A stretch of 64,000 nt of DNA from a virus (taxonomy: Duplodnaviria; Heunggongvirae; Uroviricota; Caudoviricetes). The notes under the pieces were generated by a model. That model searched no databases, was not told the origin of the DNA, and saw only the letters and a program-made list of their open reading frames with translations. The DNA lies in IMG/VR virus record IMGVR_UViG_3300035696_000002. One strand, written 5' to 3'. Shown piece by piece: positions 47,037-56,143 of the stretch. A program made the translations under genes and the position numbers. Positions within the stretch are counted from its first letter, which is position 1. Each line of letters opens with the position of its first letter.

Positions 47037-47537
47037 ATGACGGTATTTACATACGAAGAACTCGTTAAAGCACAGACAGAGGCCCGACTGGCAAGAATGA
47101 AGAAGTGGGATGACCGCTATCTTGAATTGGCCAAGTTCGTTGCTCAGTGGAGCAAAGACCCCAGCACGAAAACTGGGGCGGTACTGGTTTCGCCGACAGG
47201 CTCAGTGGTGGGTCTCGGCTACAACGGGTTTCCACGCGGTGTGGAAGACACCGATGAACGCCTGAATGATCGCGAACTGAAGTATAAGATGGTCGTGCAC
47301 TGCGAACGCAATGCCATGATCTCGGCTCTGGGAAACACCGGGCTTTACGGCTCTACGCTTTACACGTGGCCGTTCATGTCCTGCGGCCCCTGTGCTGGCA
47401 TGATGATTCAGGCTGGCGTCAAGCGGTGTGTGGCTCCCCGAAACGACAATCCCCGCTGGCAGGCTGACTTCGCTATTGCGATTCAGATGTTCAAAGAGGC
47501 CGGGGTAGTGATGGACTTCACGGAACCCGTGGTATAA
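47037..47537 (+). CDS. dCMP deaminase
   Basis: SKDPST, GYNGFPRG, HCERNA, CGPC. Confidence 0.9.
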   Translation: MTVFTYEELVKAQTEARLARMKKWDDRYLELAKFVAQWSKDPSTKTGAVLVSPTGSVVGLGYNGFPRGVEDTDERLNDRELKYKMVVHCERNAMISALGNTGLYGSTLYTWPFMSCGPCAGMMIQAGVKRCVAPRNDNPRWQADFAIAIQMFKEAGVVMDFTEPVV

Positions 47538-47544
47538 TCGGTCT

Positions 47545-48066
47545 ATGGCAGATTCCGTAGCAACGCTTAAATTCGCGAAGAAGACGAAGCTGGAACTCGA
47601 ATTCGAAGCTGCTGCAAGGAAGCAGAAGCGGGACGAGGAGCGGGCTGAGAAGGCCGAAAATCTTCGTCAGAAACGTGCTGCGGCTGCCAAGGCCCGAACC
47701 TTCCGGGTTCAAGTGAAGGAACTGCTTTCAGTGTTCCGCAAGAAAACGCCGATCAAAATCACTGAAGGCTCGGCTGGGTTCACCTTTCTTGGGGTTCCCT
47801 ATCACATCGTCTACGATCATTGGACTCTCGGTGGAAACACATCGGACGTTGACGACTACGAGACGAAGCACGAAGGCTGGGTGATCTACCCGGATAAGGA
47901 CTGGTCTAGCCGCCACACGTTGTACGAGGTAGAGAAGTATGCAACACCGCCACGACTGAAGCCCTCCCCGGAAGCTTTCTCGCGTGCGATAGTCGCCGCG
48001 TTGAAAGAATTCGATAGCACCATCAAATGGCGTGAAAGGAATTTCGGGAACAGATATCCCTACTAA
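47545..48066 (+). CDS. hypothetical protein
   Basis: TGGTATAAT extended -10 ends 6 nt before ATG. Confidence 0.65.
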   Translation: MADSVATLKFAKKTKLELEFEAAARKQKRDEERAEKAENLRQKRAAAAKARTFRVQVKELLSVFRKKTPIKITEGSAGFTFLGVPYHIVYDHWTLGGNTSDVDDYETKHEGWVIYPDKDWSSRHTLYEVEKYATPPRLKPSPEAFSRAIVAALKEFDSTIKWRERNFGNRYPY

Positions 48067-48071
48067 AATCT

Positions 48072-49106
48072 ATGCCACGTAAAGAAGACAAGAAACGCCC
48101 GTACCGGGTAGATTACATCAGACGCAATGAAGTGAAAGGTCGCAAAGCTTTCGTACATTCTGTCATCATCCGCACAACCACCGCAGTTGACGCCAAGCTC
48201 TTACTCATCGCCGAGGCCAAACTTTACGAAAACGACGACATCGAAATCATCCGCTCTCGCCGCTACTACAAGAAACTTGGCAAGACTCCGGTCGAGGCTT
48301 CCCTCAGCAGACTGTTTGGGCCGAAGCGTACTGCTTCCATTTTGCGGGACATTGAGCGGGACAAAAATCGTGCCAGTGCGACGCCGGGCTATGACAGCCT
48401 CGACGACGATAAGTCCCAAGCGGGAACCACAGTGACCGCCGATGAAATCTCAGGAAAGAATGCCCTTGAGAAGGCTCTCAAGGATTACCGCAAGCAATAT
48501 GAAGCTGGGCTGACTGTTGGAGGCCCCAGCCCAACCTCGGATGTCGCGGAATACCACACAACCCAGAAGCCGCCCGTGACTCTCCCAGAACACAGCGGGG
48601 CGGTTTTGAAACAGACATTCTCATTCTCGGCCCCGCAGCCGGATACAGTCCGTGGCCTCGGATTTCCCGATCACCCCGTGGTGCCAACTAAGGACGCAGT
48701 TTTCGATCACCAGATCGACCTTGACAAAGCAGCCCCGATTCTCCACCCGGCCCCCGAGGAGCCCAAGGTCATCGACCCCGGCCCTAACTGCTGGTCTGGT
48801 GGGTTGAAAATTCCAATGCCGACTGGGGCAGCCGTACCGCCTGTCGATCCGACGACATTGCCTCCGAGTCACCCGGATCATGTTTGTAGCGATGCCTGCT
48901 ACGATATCGTTCCACTGGACGACAAGCTGCTGGAGATACCGCCCGACATTCAAAACATCGTCACTACACCGTTCCCGGTGGGGATGCCGACCGAAGTGAA
49001 GGTCGAACGGCAGCCGTACCGCCCACCGTTTCTCGTGGTCATCATCGGTATCCTGCTCTTCATCTTCGCCATGTGCGAGTTGCTGAGTTTTCTCAGCCAT
49101 CACTAA
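48072..49106 (+). CDS. Pro-rich protein with C-terminal membrane anchor
   Basis: C-terminal TM FLVVIIGILLFIFAMC. Confidence 0.65.
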   Translation: MPRKEDKKRPYRVDYIRRNEVKGRKAFVHSVIIRTTTAVDAKLLLIAEAKLYENDDIEIIRSRRYYKKLGKTPVEASLSRLFGPKRTASILRDIERDKNRASATPGYDSLDDDKSQAGTTVTADEISGKNALEKALKDYRKQYEAGLTVGGPSPTSDVAEYHTTQKPPVTLPEHSGAVLKQTFSFSAPQPDTVRGLGFPDHPVVPTKDAVFDHQIDLDKAAPILHPAPEEPKVIDPGPNCWSGGLKIPMPTGAAVPPVDPTTLPPSHPDHVCSDACYDIVPLDDKLLEIPPDIQNIVTTPFPVGMPTEVKVERQPYRPPFLVVIIGILLFIFAMCELLSFLSHH

Positions 49107-49135
49107 TCGTTAGCCAACACCTACAACAACTTCCC

Positions 49136-49154
49136 CTCCCTCAATATGAGGGAG
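49136..49154 (+). promoter_or_regulatory. RBS-sequestering hairpin
   Basis: CTCCCTC-AATAT-GAGGGAG, 6 nt before ATG. Confidence 0.5.
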
Positions 49155-49160
49155 TTTGGG

Positions 49161-49727
49161 ATGGGCAAGAGCACCTTTTTCATCGTCGAAGCGAGCCATC
49201 TTTTCAGGGCCGGGGATAAGCATCAATGCCAGTTTTTTGTCATGGATGTAGTCAATTTCCTCCACACCTTGTACCCTGACACCGACGCAAAAGTCATCGT
49301 TCTCCATGGTTCCGTTAAAAACGAACAGGCCGACCGCTACGCGGCTGCTCTGGAGCGTTTTGGGGCCAAGGTGATTCGCATGAAGCCCATCGCCTCAGTG
49401 GTGGGGCCGGATAAGGTCTACTACAAGCCGACATGGTATCTTCACGGCATGATGGGACAGGAAATCCCCAAGGGCAGCGATGTTGTTTTGATCGGATTCC
49501 ACAACCCCCGGTATCGGACGTTCCTCCAGAAATACTCTGCTGACTTCAGTCTCAGTATGGCCGCGTTCACTACGCCAAGCCGGAAGCAGGGCTGGATGTC
49601 GATCCCAGAAGATTTCAAACCCTTCCTCAAAAGAATTATCGGCCTCGACGAACATGTTGCCGACATTCAAGCACAGTTCAAGCAAAAACGCAGTACTAAA
49701 GGTAAGAGAGCGGCCAACCCGGCCTAA
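49161..49727 (+). CDS. hypothetical protein, possibly degenerate NYN/PIN fold
   Basis: alpha/beta pattern; catalytic Asp residues not evident. Confidence 0.55.
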   Translation: MGKSTFFIVEASHLFRAGDKHQCQFFVMDVVNFLHTLYPDTDAKVIVLHGSVKNEQADRYAAALERFGAKVIRMKPIASVVGPDKVYYKPTWYLHGMMGQEIPKGSDVVLIGFHNPRYRTFLQKYSADFSLSMAAFTTPSRKQGWMSIPEDFKPFLKRIIGLDEHVADIQAQFKQKRSTKGKRAANPA

Positions 49728-49824
49728 AGCCTCGTCAGGGAGTAGTGCCCCCTCAACGATTTGTACTGGCCATCGTTGAGAGAGGATGCAACCGGGCGGG
49801 CCGCAAACTCTTACTGGAGGATAC

Positions 49825-50211
49825 ATGCGAAGAGCAGAACTGCTGAATCAAGAACCCACCCTAAACAATTACCAGAACCTAGCCCTGAACACCGCCGTCT
49901 ACAAAGGGCAGGGCACTTTCCAAGGACTCTGCTACTGTCTTTTCAAGTTGGCAGGCGAGGCCGGGGAAGTCAACGAGAAAATGGGCAAGCTTCTCCGGGA
50001 CAACTCAGTTGAATGGGACTCAGACCCGAAGTCGTGGCCGGATGAAATTCACGAGGCGTTCGTTAAAGAACTTGGCGACGTACTGTGGTATATCGGCGGC
50101 GTAGCGAAGGAGCTTGGTTTCACCATGCAACACGTTGGTGAGGTCAATCTGGAGAAACTGGAATCCCGGCAGGAACGAGGGAAAATTCACGGAAGCGGCG
50201 ACAACAGGTAA
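49825..50211 (+). CDS. MazG-like NTP pyrophosphohydrolase
   Basis: GEAGEV, KELGDVLWY, NLEKL..R, GSGDNR. Confidence 0.9.
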   Translation: MRRAELLNQEPTLNNYQNLALNTAVYKGQGTFQGLCYCLFKLAGEAGEVNEKMGKLLRDNSVEWDSDPKSWPDEIHEAFVKELGDVLWYIGGVAKELGFTMQHVGEVNLEKLESRQERGKIHGSGDNR

Positions 50212-50381
50212 TGGCGGAGTACCACACTTGCGAGCATTACGTCGAACGGAGCGACGGCAAGGTGGAAGTTTGCGAGGCCGTCGCTCACCTGCTTGATCCG
50301 TACTTTCTGGATGTTCATGGCATCACTCGTTGGTTGTGTGCGGCGTGCTATGATTGGGTTTGTAAGAATCGTGAGTGGTAA
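50211..50381 (+). CDS. small Zn-finger family paralog (not in ORF track)
   Basis: HTCEH...CEAVA...WLCAACY. Confidence 0.5.
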   Translation: MAEYHTCEHYVERSDGKVEVCEAVAHLLDPYFLDVHGITRWLCAACYDWVCKNREW

Positions 50382-50385
50382 ACGT

Positions 50386-50730
50386 ATGGCAAAGGAAAAG
50401 AAATTACTGTTCAGTCTGACCAAGAAGGATTTCGAGATTCAGACTTTCTGCACTGGCGGCAAAGGCGGGCAGAAACAAAACTCGACGAATTCTGGTGTTC
50501 GGATTATTCACCCGGCTTCGGGTGCCCGAGGAGAGGGCCGCGAGGAGAGGCACCAGTATGCCAACAAGGCGAGAGCCTTTGAGCGGCTGGTCGCCAGCAA
50601 GGAATTCAAGAAGTGGCACAAGGCCGAGGTCGCCCGGCGTCTGGGACAGGATGCGGAGTTGAAGCGGCGGGTCAACGAAGCGGTCGATCAGGCCATGATG
50701 GACAAGAACCTCAAGATTGAGGTATCCTAA
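50386..50730 (+). CDS. peptide chain release factor-like GGQ domain protein (ArfB/PrfH-like)
   Basis: GGKGGQKQNSTNSGVRIIH, RHQYANK; lacks decoding domains. Confidence 0.85.
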   Translation: MAKEKKLLFSLTKKDFEIQTFCTGGKGGQKQNSTNSGVRIIHPASGARGEGREERHQYANKARAFERLVASKEFKKWHKAEVARRLGQDAELKRRVNEAVDQAMMDKNLKIEVS

Positions 50731-50733
50731 GGC

Positions 50734-51087
50734 ATGAGCATGCACTTTCTGGATAAGCGGGAGAACGCCGTGCTGGCGGAAATGGCTGCCCGGCAGGAAC
50801 GGTCTGAAAAGGCCGTCATGCGAAGTGCTCTCCGCATCTACCAGCTTGTGGACAAGTACCAGCGAGAGGGCATGACGCTGGGGTTCCTCGACGATCAGGG
50901 AGATTTCTTTGATCCGTTCGATCACGACCTGCCTAAAATGGCACCCGTGCCCTATGGCGACTCAGAACTCGATCCTGACGCTTACGAAACACCAAACACC
51001 ACCGAGGCAGAGGATGAGGCAGCACTCAACGCCCTCCAAAACTTCATCAATGAGGGAGGCCCTGATGGGCAAGGCAACAGAAGTTAA
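50734..51087 (+). CDS. ribbon-helix-helix-like protein with acidic tail
   Basis: LAEMAARQERSEKAVMRSAL pattern. Confidence 0.5.
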   Translation: MSMHFLDKRENAVLAEMAARQERSEKAVMRSALRIYQLVDKYQREGMTLGFLDDQGDFFDPFDHDLPKMAPVPYGDSELDPDAYETPNTTEAEDEAALNALQNFINEGGPDGQGNRS

Positions 51088-51268
51088 GATCACGTCAAAG
51101 ATTCTGGAGCGTCTGGCCTCCGGCAAGACGGTCGTTGTCCGCCTGCCGAAGGACGCCGATACTCTCACCATCATCCTCGACCGGGAAGATGATTTTTCCC
51201 ATTTTGATCGGGTTTTTAGCAAGCTCTGGAAGTCCGTCCTCAAGAAAATCGAAAAGGCCGTCGCATAA
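51065..51268 (+). CDS. hypothetical protein
   Basis: GGAGG RBS. Confidence 0.55.
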   Translation: MGKATEVKITSKILERLASGKTVVVRLPKDADTLTIILDREDDFSHFDRVFSKLWKSVLKKIEKAVA

Positions 51269-51270
51269 CT

Positions 51271-51303
51271 TGGTTTCGCGTCTCTCTTAGAGAGGGCGAA
51301 CCA
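51271..51303 (+). promoter_or_regulatory. RBS-sequestering hairpin
   Basis: TGGTTTCGCGTCTCTC-TTA-GAGAGGGCGAACCA, reaching the start codon. Confidence 0.5.
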
Positions 51304-51971
51304 TGCCGCAGCAGTACTACATCGACGTTACAGAACAGGAGTTGCACGCACTCCGCGAGGCCCTGCCCATCCTTGAACGGATTCAGGTTGGTGCCCTTTC
51401 TGATCGCCTCGAAGTGTATCTCTACGGCGTGACAAAGAGCCCGGCAATTCTTGACGCGGCCAAAGAAGCCATTGCCAAAACCTACTACGATGCCCCCGAA
51501 GAAATCGACGAATCGGATGTAGAACTCACCGAGATTGCCCTTGCAGTTCCCCTGTCCTCCGACACGCTGTACTATCTGACGGGCTCAGGACTCAAACTGC
51601 GGAAGGGCGAATTCGCTTACAAGGTTCAAGAAGGCGGCGGAGTTAAGGATGGCAATTTACTCTACGCCGATTTCAAGCCACAAGTCAGCATTCACGATTT
51701 TTCCCACATCGGAATTTCCAATTCGGATCAACACGCTAACGAATTTCTGAGCAAGCACAGCACTGCACCCGGTGCCCAGATCAAGAAAAATATCCGTCGT
51801 ACTGAGGAAGCGACACAGCCCGGTGCACCCGCACCAGCCCCACCTAAGCCGAAGGCTCAGCCCGCACAGGCAGCCCCGGCCCCAGCAGCCCCCGCTGCCC
51901 CCCAGCCCAAGCAAACGTCAGTCCATGGTGCTGTGAAGCTACGCGATCTGCTGGAGGATTTCCTTGGCTAA
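51303..51971 (+). CDS. hypothetical protein with Pro/Ala-rich linker
   Basis: ORF track. Confidence 0.7.
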   Translation: MPQQYYIDVTEQELHALREALPILERIQVGALSDRLEVYLYGVTKSPAILDAAKEAIAKTYYDAPEEIDESDVELTEIALAVPLSSDTLYYLTGSGLKLRKGEFAYKVQEGGGVKDGNLLYADFKPQVSIHDFSHIGISNSDQHANEFLSKHSTAPGAQIKKNIRRTEEATQPGAPAPAPPKPKAQPAQAAPAPAAPAAPQPKQTSVHGAVKLRDLLEDFLG

Positions 51972-52317
51972 GGCTGAAGCCAATTCGCTCATACTCCTCG
52001 GACAGGAAATCGCCCCACCGAAACGTCCACAACTGCTTTCGTCGAAATCAGGCCGCATGAAAGTGCGGCTTTCGTTTTTGACTCACTCCCCGAAACACAT
52101 TCGCAACATCCTGCTTCAGGAACAATGCCACACCCAGCCGCCGTACATCGAAGACATCTGCATCCTGATGCCCCGGATGAAAGTCCTCACTTTACTCGAA
52201 ACGTACCTCCCCGCATTCGCCCATTTGCAGAAAATCGGCGTCATCCCAAATGACGCTAAACTACAGAGTTTCAAGATTTTAGACGAGGACGACATCACCC
52301 TCGCATTTTTAGTCTAG
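51964..52317 (+). CDS. hypothetical protein
   Basis: GGAGG RBS; TTG start. Confidence 0.6.
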   Translation: MAKAEANSLILLGQEIAPPKRPQLLSSKSGRMKVRLSFLTHSPKHIRNILLQEQCHTQPPYIEDICILMPRMKVLTLLETYLPAFAHLQKIGVIPNDAKLQSFKILDEDDITLAFLV

Positions 52318-52344
52318 CCAAAACACCCTCGAAACCAGTATACT
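52315..52344 (+). promoter_or_regulatory. class I phage promoter
   Basis: TAGCCA-N18-TATACT. Confidence 0.7.
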
Positions 52345-52363
52345 GTAGCTGTATACGTCCTAT

Positions 52364-53239
52364 ATGGCTAAGTCTACGAAACGCGATGCCCTCGGCGACC
52401 GGATGAAACGGTACGAGAATGTCACTCGGTTCACCCTCCCCAAACGCACCTACACCATCATGCGAATTGATGGTCGTGCATTCCACACGTGGACGAAGGG
52501 ACTGAAACGCCCTTACGATATTTCACTGATGGACTGCATGAATGCCGCAGCCCTCGCCCTGTGTGAGCAGATTGCGAACACCCGGTTCGCCTACATTCAA
52601 TCCGACGAAATCAGCATCCTTGCAACCGACTTTGAAACGACGCTCACGGAGCCGTGGTTTGACGGCACCATTCAGAAGTTCGCCAGCGTCGGTGCCTCCA
52701 TTGCAACGCAAGCCTTCAACAGTGCAGTCTCCGATCTCAACCTCGCGTATGACGAGTTCATCAATCGCGGACGCGATGGCGTCGCTGCGTTCTTGGAGCG
52801 TGGATGGGTCGGACAAAAGAAGGCCCCGGATGCAACCTTCGACGCACGTGTGTTTGTCATTCCCGATCTGATCGAAGTCGAGAATTATTTCGTCTGGCGG
52901 CAGCAGGACGCGGAGCGAAACTCCGTCACCATGCTGGCTCAGGCGTATGCCTCTGCGAAGGAACTCCACGGCAAGAACCGGGCCGCACAACACGAAATCA
53001 TCTACAAGGCTGGCGACAATTGGGCTAAGCATCCGGCGTCGTTCAAACACGGACGCATTGTTCGCCGTCAGGCAATCGACTACTTGGGGATTCCCCCGGC
53101 GATCCCTGCCGGGCGACAGAGCAACTGGTTTGTGGACGAGGATACCCCCGTGTTCACCAAGAGCCGTTTCTTTCTGCGTACCCTGATTCCACTAATTTGG
53201 GACAACGATCTTCTCGTGCGAAAGGATGACAAACAATGA
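52364..53239 (+). CDS. tRNA(His) guanylyltransferase Thg1-like 3'-5' polymerase
   Basis: RIDGRAFH, QSDEIS, FDAR, WRQQDA.RNS. Confidence 0.92.
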   Translation: MAKSTKRDALGDRMKRYENVTRFTLPKRTYTIMRIDGRAFHTWTKGLKRPYDISLMDCMNAAALALCEQIANTRFAYIQSDEISILATDFETTLTEPWFDGTIQKFASVGASIATQAFNSAVSDLNLAYDEFINRGRDGVAAFLERGWVGQKKAPDATFDARVFVIPDLIEVENYFVWRQQDAERNSVTMLAQAYASAKELHGKNRAAQHEIIYKAGDNWAKHPASFKHGRIVRRQAIDYLGIPPAIPAGRQSNWFVDEDTPVFTKSRFFLRTLIPLIWDNDLLVRKDDKQ

Positions 53240-53589
53240 GAGTCTTCGGCAACCTGACGAATCGCATCATCGAGACAGTGAAACCCGCGAAGCCGGAAGT
53301 CGGTATGGGGGCCACGATCATCTATTTCTCCGACCGCACCGCCGCGACAATCGTTGAAGTCTCGGAGAACGGCAAGACCATCAAGGTGCAAGCCGATAAG
53401 GCGATCCGCACCGACAGCAACGGGCAGAGCGATTCACAGGATTACCGCTACGAGCGGAACCCGAAGGGTAAGATCGAGACCGCCACGCTCCGCAAGAACG
53501 GCACGTTCGTGATTCAGGGCAAGGCGATGCGGAACGGCACCATCGTTCGCGTTGGGGAACGCGACGAATACTACGACTACAGTTTCTAG
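53236..53589 (+). CDS. hypothetical phage protein
   Basis: ATGA overlap. Confidence 0.7.
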   Translation: MRVFGNLTNRIIETVKPAKPEVGMGATIIYFSDRTAATIVEVSENGKTIKVQADKAIRTDSNGQSDSQDYRYERNPKGKIETATLRKNGTFVIQGKAMRNGTIVRVGERDEYYDYSF

Positions 53590-53597
53590 GAGGAACC

Positions 53598-53918
53598 ATG
53601 TTTCGAGATATCGAAGCAGTTGGCCGCAAGTTCCAGTTTGAAGTGCGGCAGCTTGAGACCGACATCATCGACGAGGGCACCACCATGACGTTCCCGAATT
53701 GGGACATCAAGGGCGTGCGTGAGCGGTTCTACATGGAGAACTACGTCACGGTCTCCGAAGAGGAGTACTTGAAGTCGATTCGCACCCTCGGGGCCGACGT
53801 TGTCGAGTACGGCATCACGGCAACAGATGTCGCCCGGTTCATTAAGGAACATCCCGGTAAATTCGAACCCGTGTCGGAAGATGAACTCATGTACACGGAG
53901 CTAGGAGCAGGGTCATAA
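53598..53918 (+). CDS. hypothetical protein
   Basis: AGGAGG RBS. Confidence 0.65.
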   Translation: MFRDIEAVGRKFQFEVRQLETDIIDEGTTMTFPNWDIKGVRERFYMENYVTVSEEEYLKSIRTLGADVVEYGITATDVARFIKEHPGKFEPVSEDELMYTELGAGS

Positions 53919-53919
53919 C

Positions 53920-55032
53920 ATGCTAAACCTGATGCTGTTGATGATCGTCCCCACGCTGATCGCCCTTTTCTGTCTGTTCTTTTTCAAGGGCAAGATCATG
54001 CTGTGGGAATTTTTCGGCCAGCTTCTTGTGGTCGCCTTGGTGATCTCAGCCGGGTTCTGGATTTCCTATGCCGGGCGAGTCAGCGATACCGAAATCTGGA
54101 ACGGCAAGGTGACGGAACGCAAGCGAGTCGAAGTCTCCTGCGAACACTCGTACAAGTGCAACTGCTCGACTGACAAGGATGGGCACGAGCATTGTTCGAC
54201 CTGCTACGAGCACAACTACGACGTAGACTGGAATGTTTACGCTACGACCGGGGAGAGTCTGGAGATCGAACGCGAAGATCGTCAGGGACTTGTTGAGCCC
54301 AAGCGGTGGGACGCGGTCTACCCCGGCGAACCGTTCTCCTCCATGCACCACTTCGAGAACTACATCCGGGCCAACCCGGATAGTGTACTGCTCGGCACAA
54401 AAGGCGACATGGAACAGTTTGGCAAGCTGGTGCCTGAGTACAACGACAAGGTCTACGATTACTACAAGCACGATCCGGTCATCAACATGGGTGTGCCGAA
54501 CGTGGACATGCAGTCGTGGAACTGGTTGATCCGGGAAGTGAACAAAGAACTCGGCCCGGTGAAGCAGATCAACAACATCGTCATCCTCGTGCCAACGAAC
54601 GATCAGGCGTACATGTTTGCCCTGAAAGACGCATGGCTCGGCGGCAAGAAAAATGACGACGTGGTGGTTATCGGTTCGACGGACGGGCACAGGATCGGCT
54701 TCGCGGACGTAATGACGTGGTCAACCAACAAAGCGTTCGCCATCGACCTGAAACACAAGATCGAAGACATCGGCACGCTGGACAAGAAAGACGACATCCA
54801 GCAAGCCATCTTGACGATCAGCAAGGCTGAGTTCGTGCGAATGCACATGCACGACATGAAGTGGCTCATTCGTTCGTATGAGCCCTCCAATGCGACGCTA
54901 TGGTGGTTGTTTTTCATCGCCGTGATCGTCGAGGCCGGGCTGGCTTTTGCATCAATCAAGGCAGGGTTTACGGAAGAGAATCCGTTTGGACAGGGGCATT
55001 ACGGGCGGATTCGCAATCGGTATCGGTACTAA
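53920..55032 (+). CDS. membrane protein with Cys-rich extracytoplasmic region
   Basis: two N-terminal TM, CEHSYKCNC...CSTC, C-terminal TM. Confidence 0.75.
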   Translation: MLNLMLLMIVPTLIALFCLFFFKGKIMLWEFFGQLLVVALVISAGFWISYAGRVSDTEIWNGKVTERKRVEVSCEHSYKCNCSTDKDGHEHCSTCYEHNYDVDWNVYATTGESLEIEREDRQGLVEPKRWDAVYPGEPFSSMHHFENYIRANPDSVLLGTKGDMEQFGKLVPEYNDKVYDYYKHDPVINMGVPNVDMQSWNWLIREVNKELGPVKQINNIVILVPTNDQAYMFALKDAWLGGKKNDDVVVIGSTDGHRIGFADVMTWSTNKAFAIDLKHKIEDIGTLDKKDDIQQAILTISKAEFVRMHMHDMKWLIRSYEPSNATLWWLFFIAVIVEAGLAFASIKAGFTEENPFGQGHYGRIRNRYRY

Positions 55033-55068
55033 GAATTCGTGGTACAATTCAATTCGAGGAGAATGCTT

Positions 55069-55653
55069 ATGAAGGGTTTATTGGTTGGAGTTGGGATCGT
55101 GTTCCTGATCGTGCTGTTCTTGGGTATGGGCTACTTCGGCTTCATCAAGGATGCCAACGCCTACGAAGTCAACATTCCTGCTCAGTACAAAGACATGCAG
55201 AACGTGTTCGACAACGGCACCAAGACGGTCATGGAGAAGTTCGGTATCTCGCAGACCTATGAGAAGCAGGTGCGTGAAGTGGTGCTCGGCGAAATGACCG
55301 GACGCTACGGTGCGAACGGCTCTCAGGCCTTGTTGCAGATGATTAAGGAAGACAACCCGAAGGTCGATCCAGCCCTGTTGCAGGATGTCTCCCGGTACGA
55401 CGAGACCTTCCATGCGACGTTTCAAGCGTCGCAGACCAAGCTGATCGCGTTGAAGCAGAGCTATGGGACGTTCCTCAAGACGACCACGAGCGGCCTGATC
55501 TTCAACACCATCGGCGGCTATCCCCGCATTCACTGCGGCGTGCCGGATGGCTCTCAGGACGACTACCAGATCGTCACGTCCGATTACACGCAGAAGACCT
55601 TCAAAGAGCACAAGGCTGACGCTCTCGACCTTGGTCAGGGCGGGCCGAAATAG
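55069..55653 (+). CDS. LemA-like membrane-anchored protein
   Basis: N-terminal TM followed by helical domain. Confidence 0.55.
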   Translation: MKGLLVGVGIVFLIVLFLGMGYFGFIKDANAYEVNIPAQYKDMQNVFDNGTKTVMEKFGISQTYEKQVREVVLGEMTGRYGANGSQALLQMIKEDNPKVDPALLQDVSRYDETFHATFQASQTKLIALKQSYGTFLKTTTSGLIFNTIGGYPRIHCGVPDGSQDDYQIVTSDYTQKTFKEHKADALDLGQGGPK

Positions 55654-55670
55654 TTCGTCCGACCAATGCA

Positions 55671-55706
55671 GGGCCGGGTGCAGTGTACCACCCGGCCCAA
55701 CTTTTT
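55671..55706 (+). terminator. intrinsic terminator
   Basis: 10-bp GGGCCGGGTG/CACCCGGCCC stem plus T5. Confidence 0.65.
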
Positions 55707-55717
55707 CAGGAGACCCA

Positions 55718-56143
55718 ATGTCCACTGCAATAACGCCACAACTCGACGTACCACAGCCGCCGAAGGGGATCAACGGCTTCCTGCTGGTGTTCGTGATCTC
55801 GCTGTTCGGCAGTGCCTTGATCTACATTCTCATGCTCTACACCCTCGGGCTGACCGGGCTCGTGAAGTTTCTGTTTGAGATCGTCCCGGTGCTGGCCGTT
55901 ACGTCGGCGATCCAGATCATCCGCAAAAAGAAAAGCGGGCAGATATGGTCGGCGGTGTTTTTAGGCTACCGCTTCGTCCTCGGCATACTGATGATGCTGG
56001 CGACAATTGGTGCCGTGGGGCCGAATGCGGCTGATGTCCAGATGATTGGCATCCTCTGGTTCCTGTGGGCGTTGGTCTACGGCTTCGTGTGGGGCGTCTA
56101 CCTATTCCGCTCGAAACGAGTGGCAGCAACACTGGTGAACTAA
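55718..56143 (+). CDS. DUF2569-like multi-pass membrane protein
   Basis: GINGFL start; YLFRSKRV..T end. Confidence 0.65.
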   Translation: MSTAITPQLDVPQPPKGINGFLLVFVISLFGSALIYILMLYTLGLTGLVKFLFEIVPVLAVTSAIQIIRKKKSGQIWSAVFLGYRFVLGILMMLATIGAVGPNAADVQMIGILWFLWALVYGFVWGVYLFRSKRVAATLVN

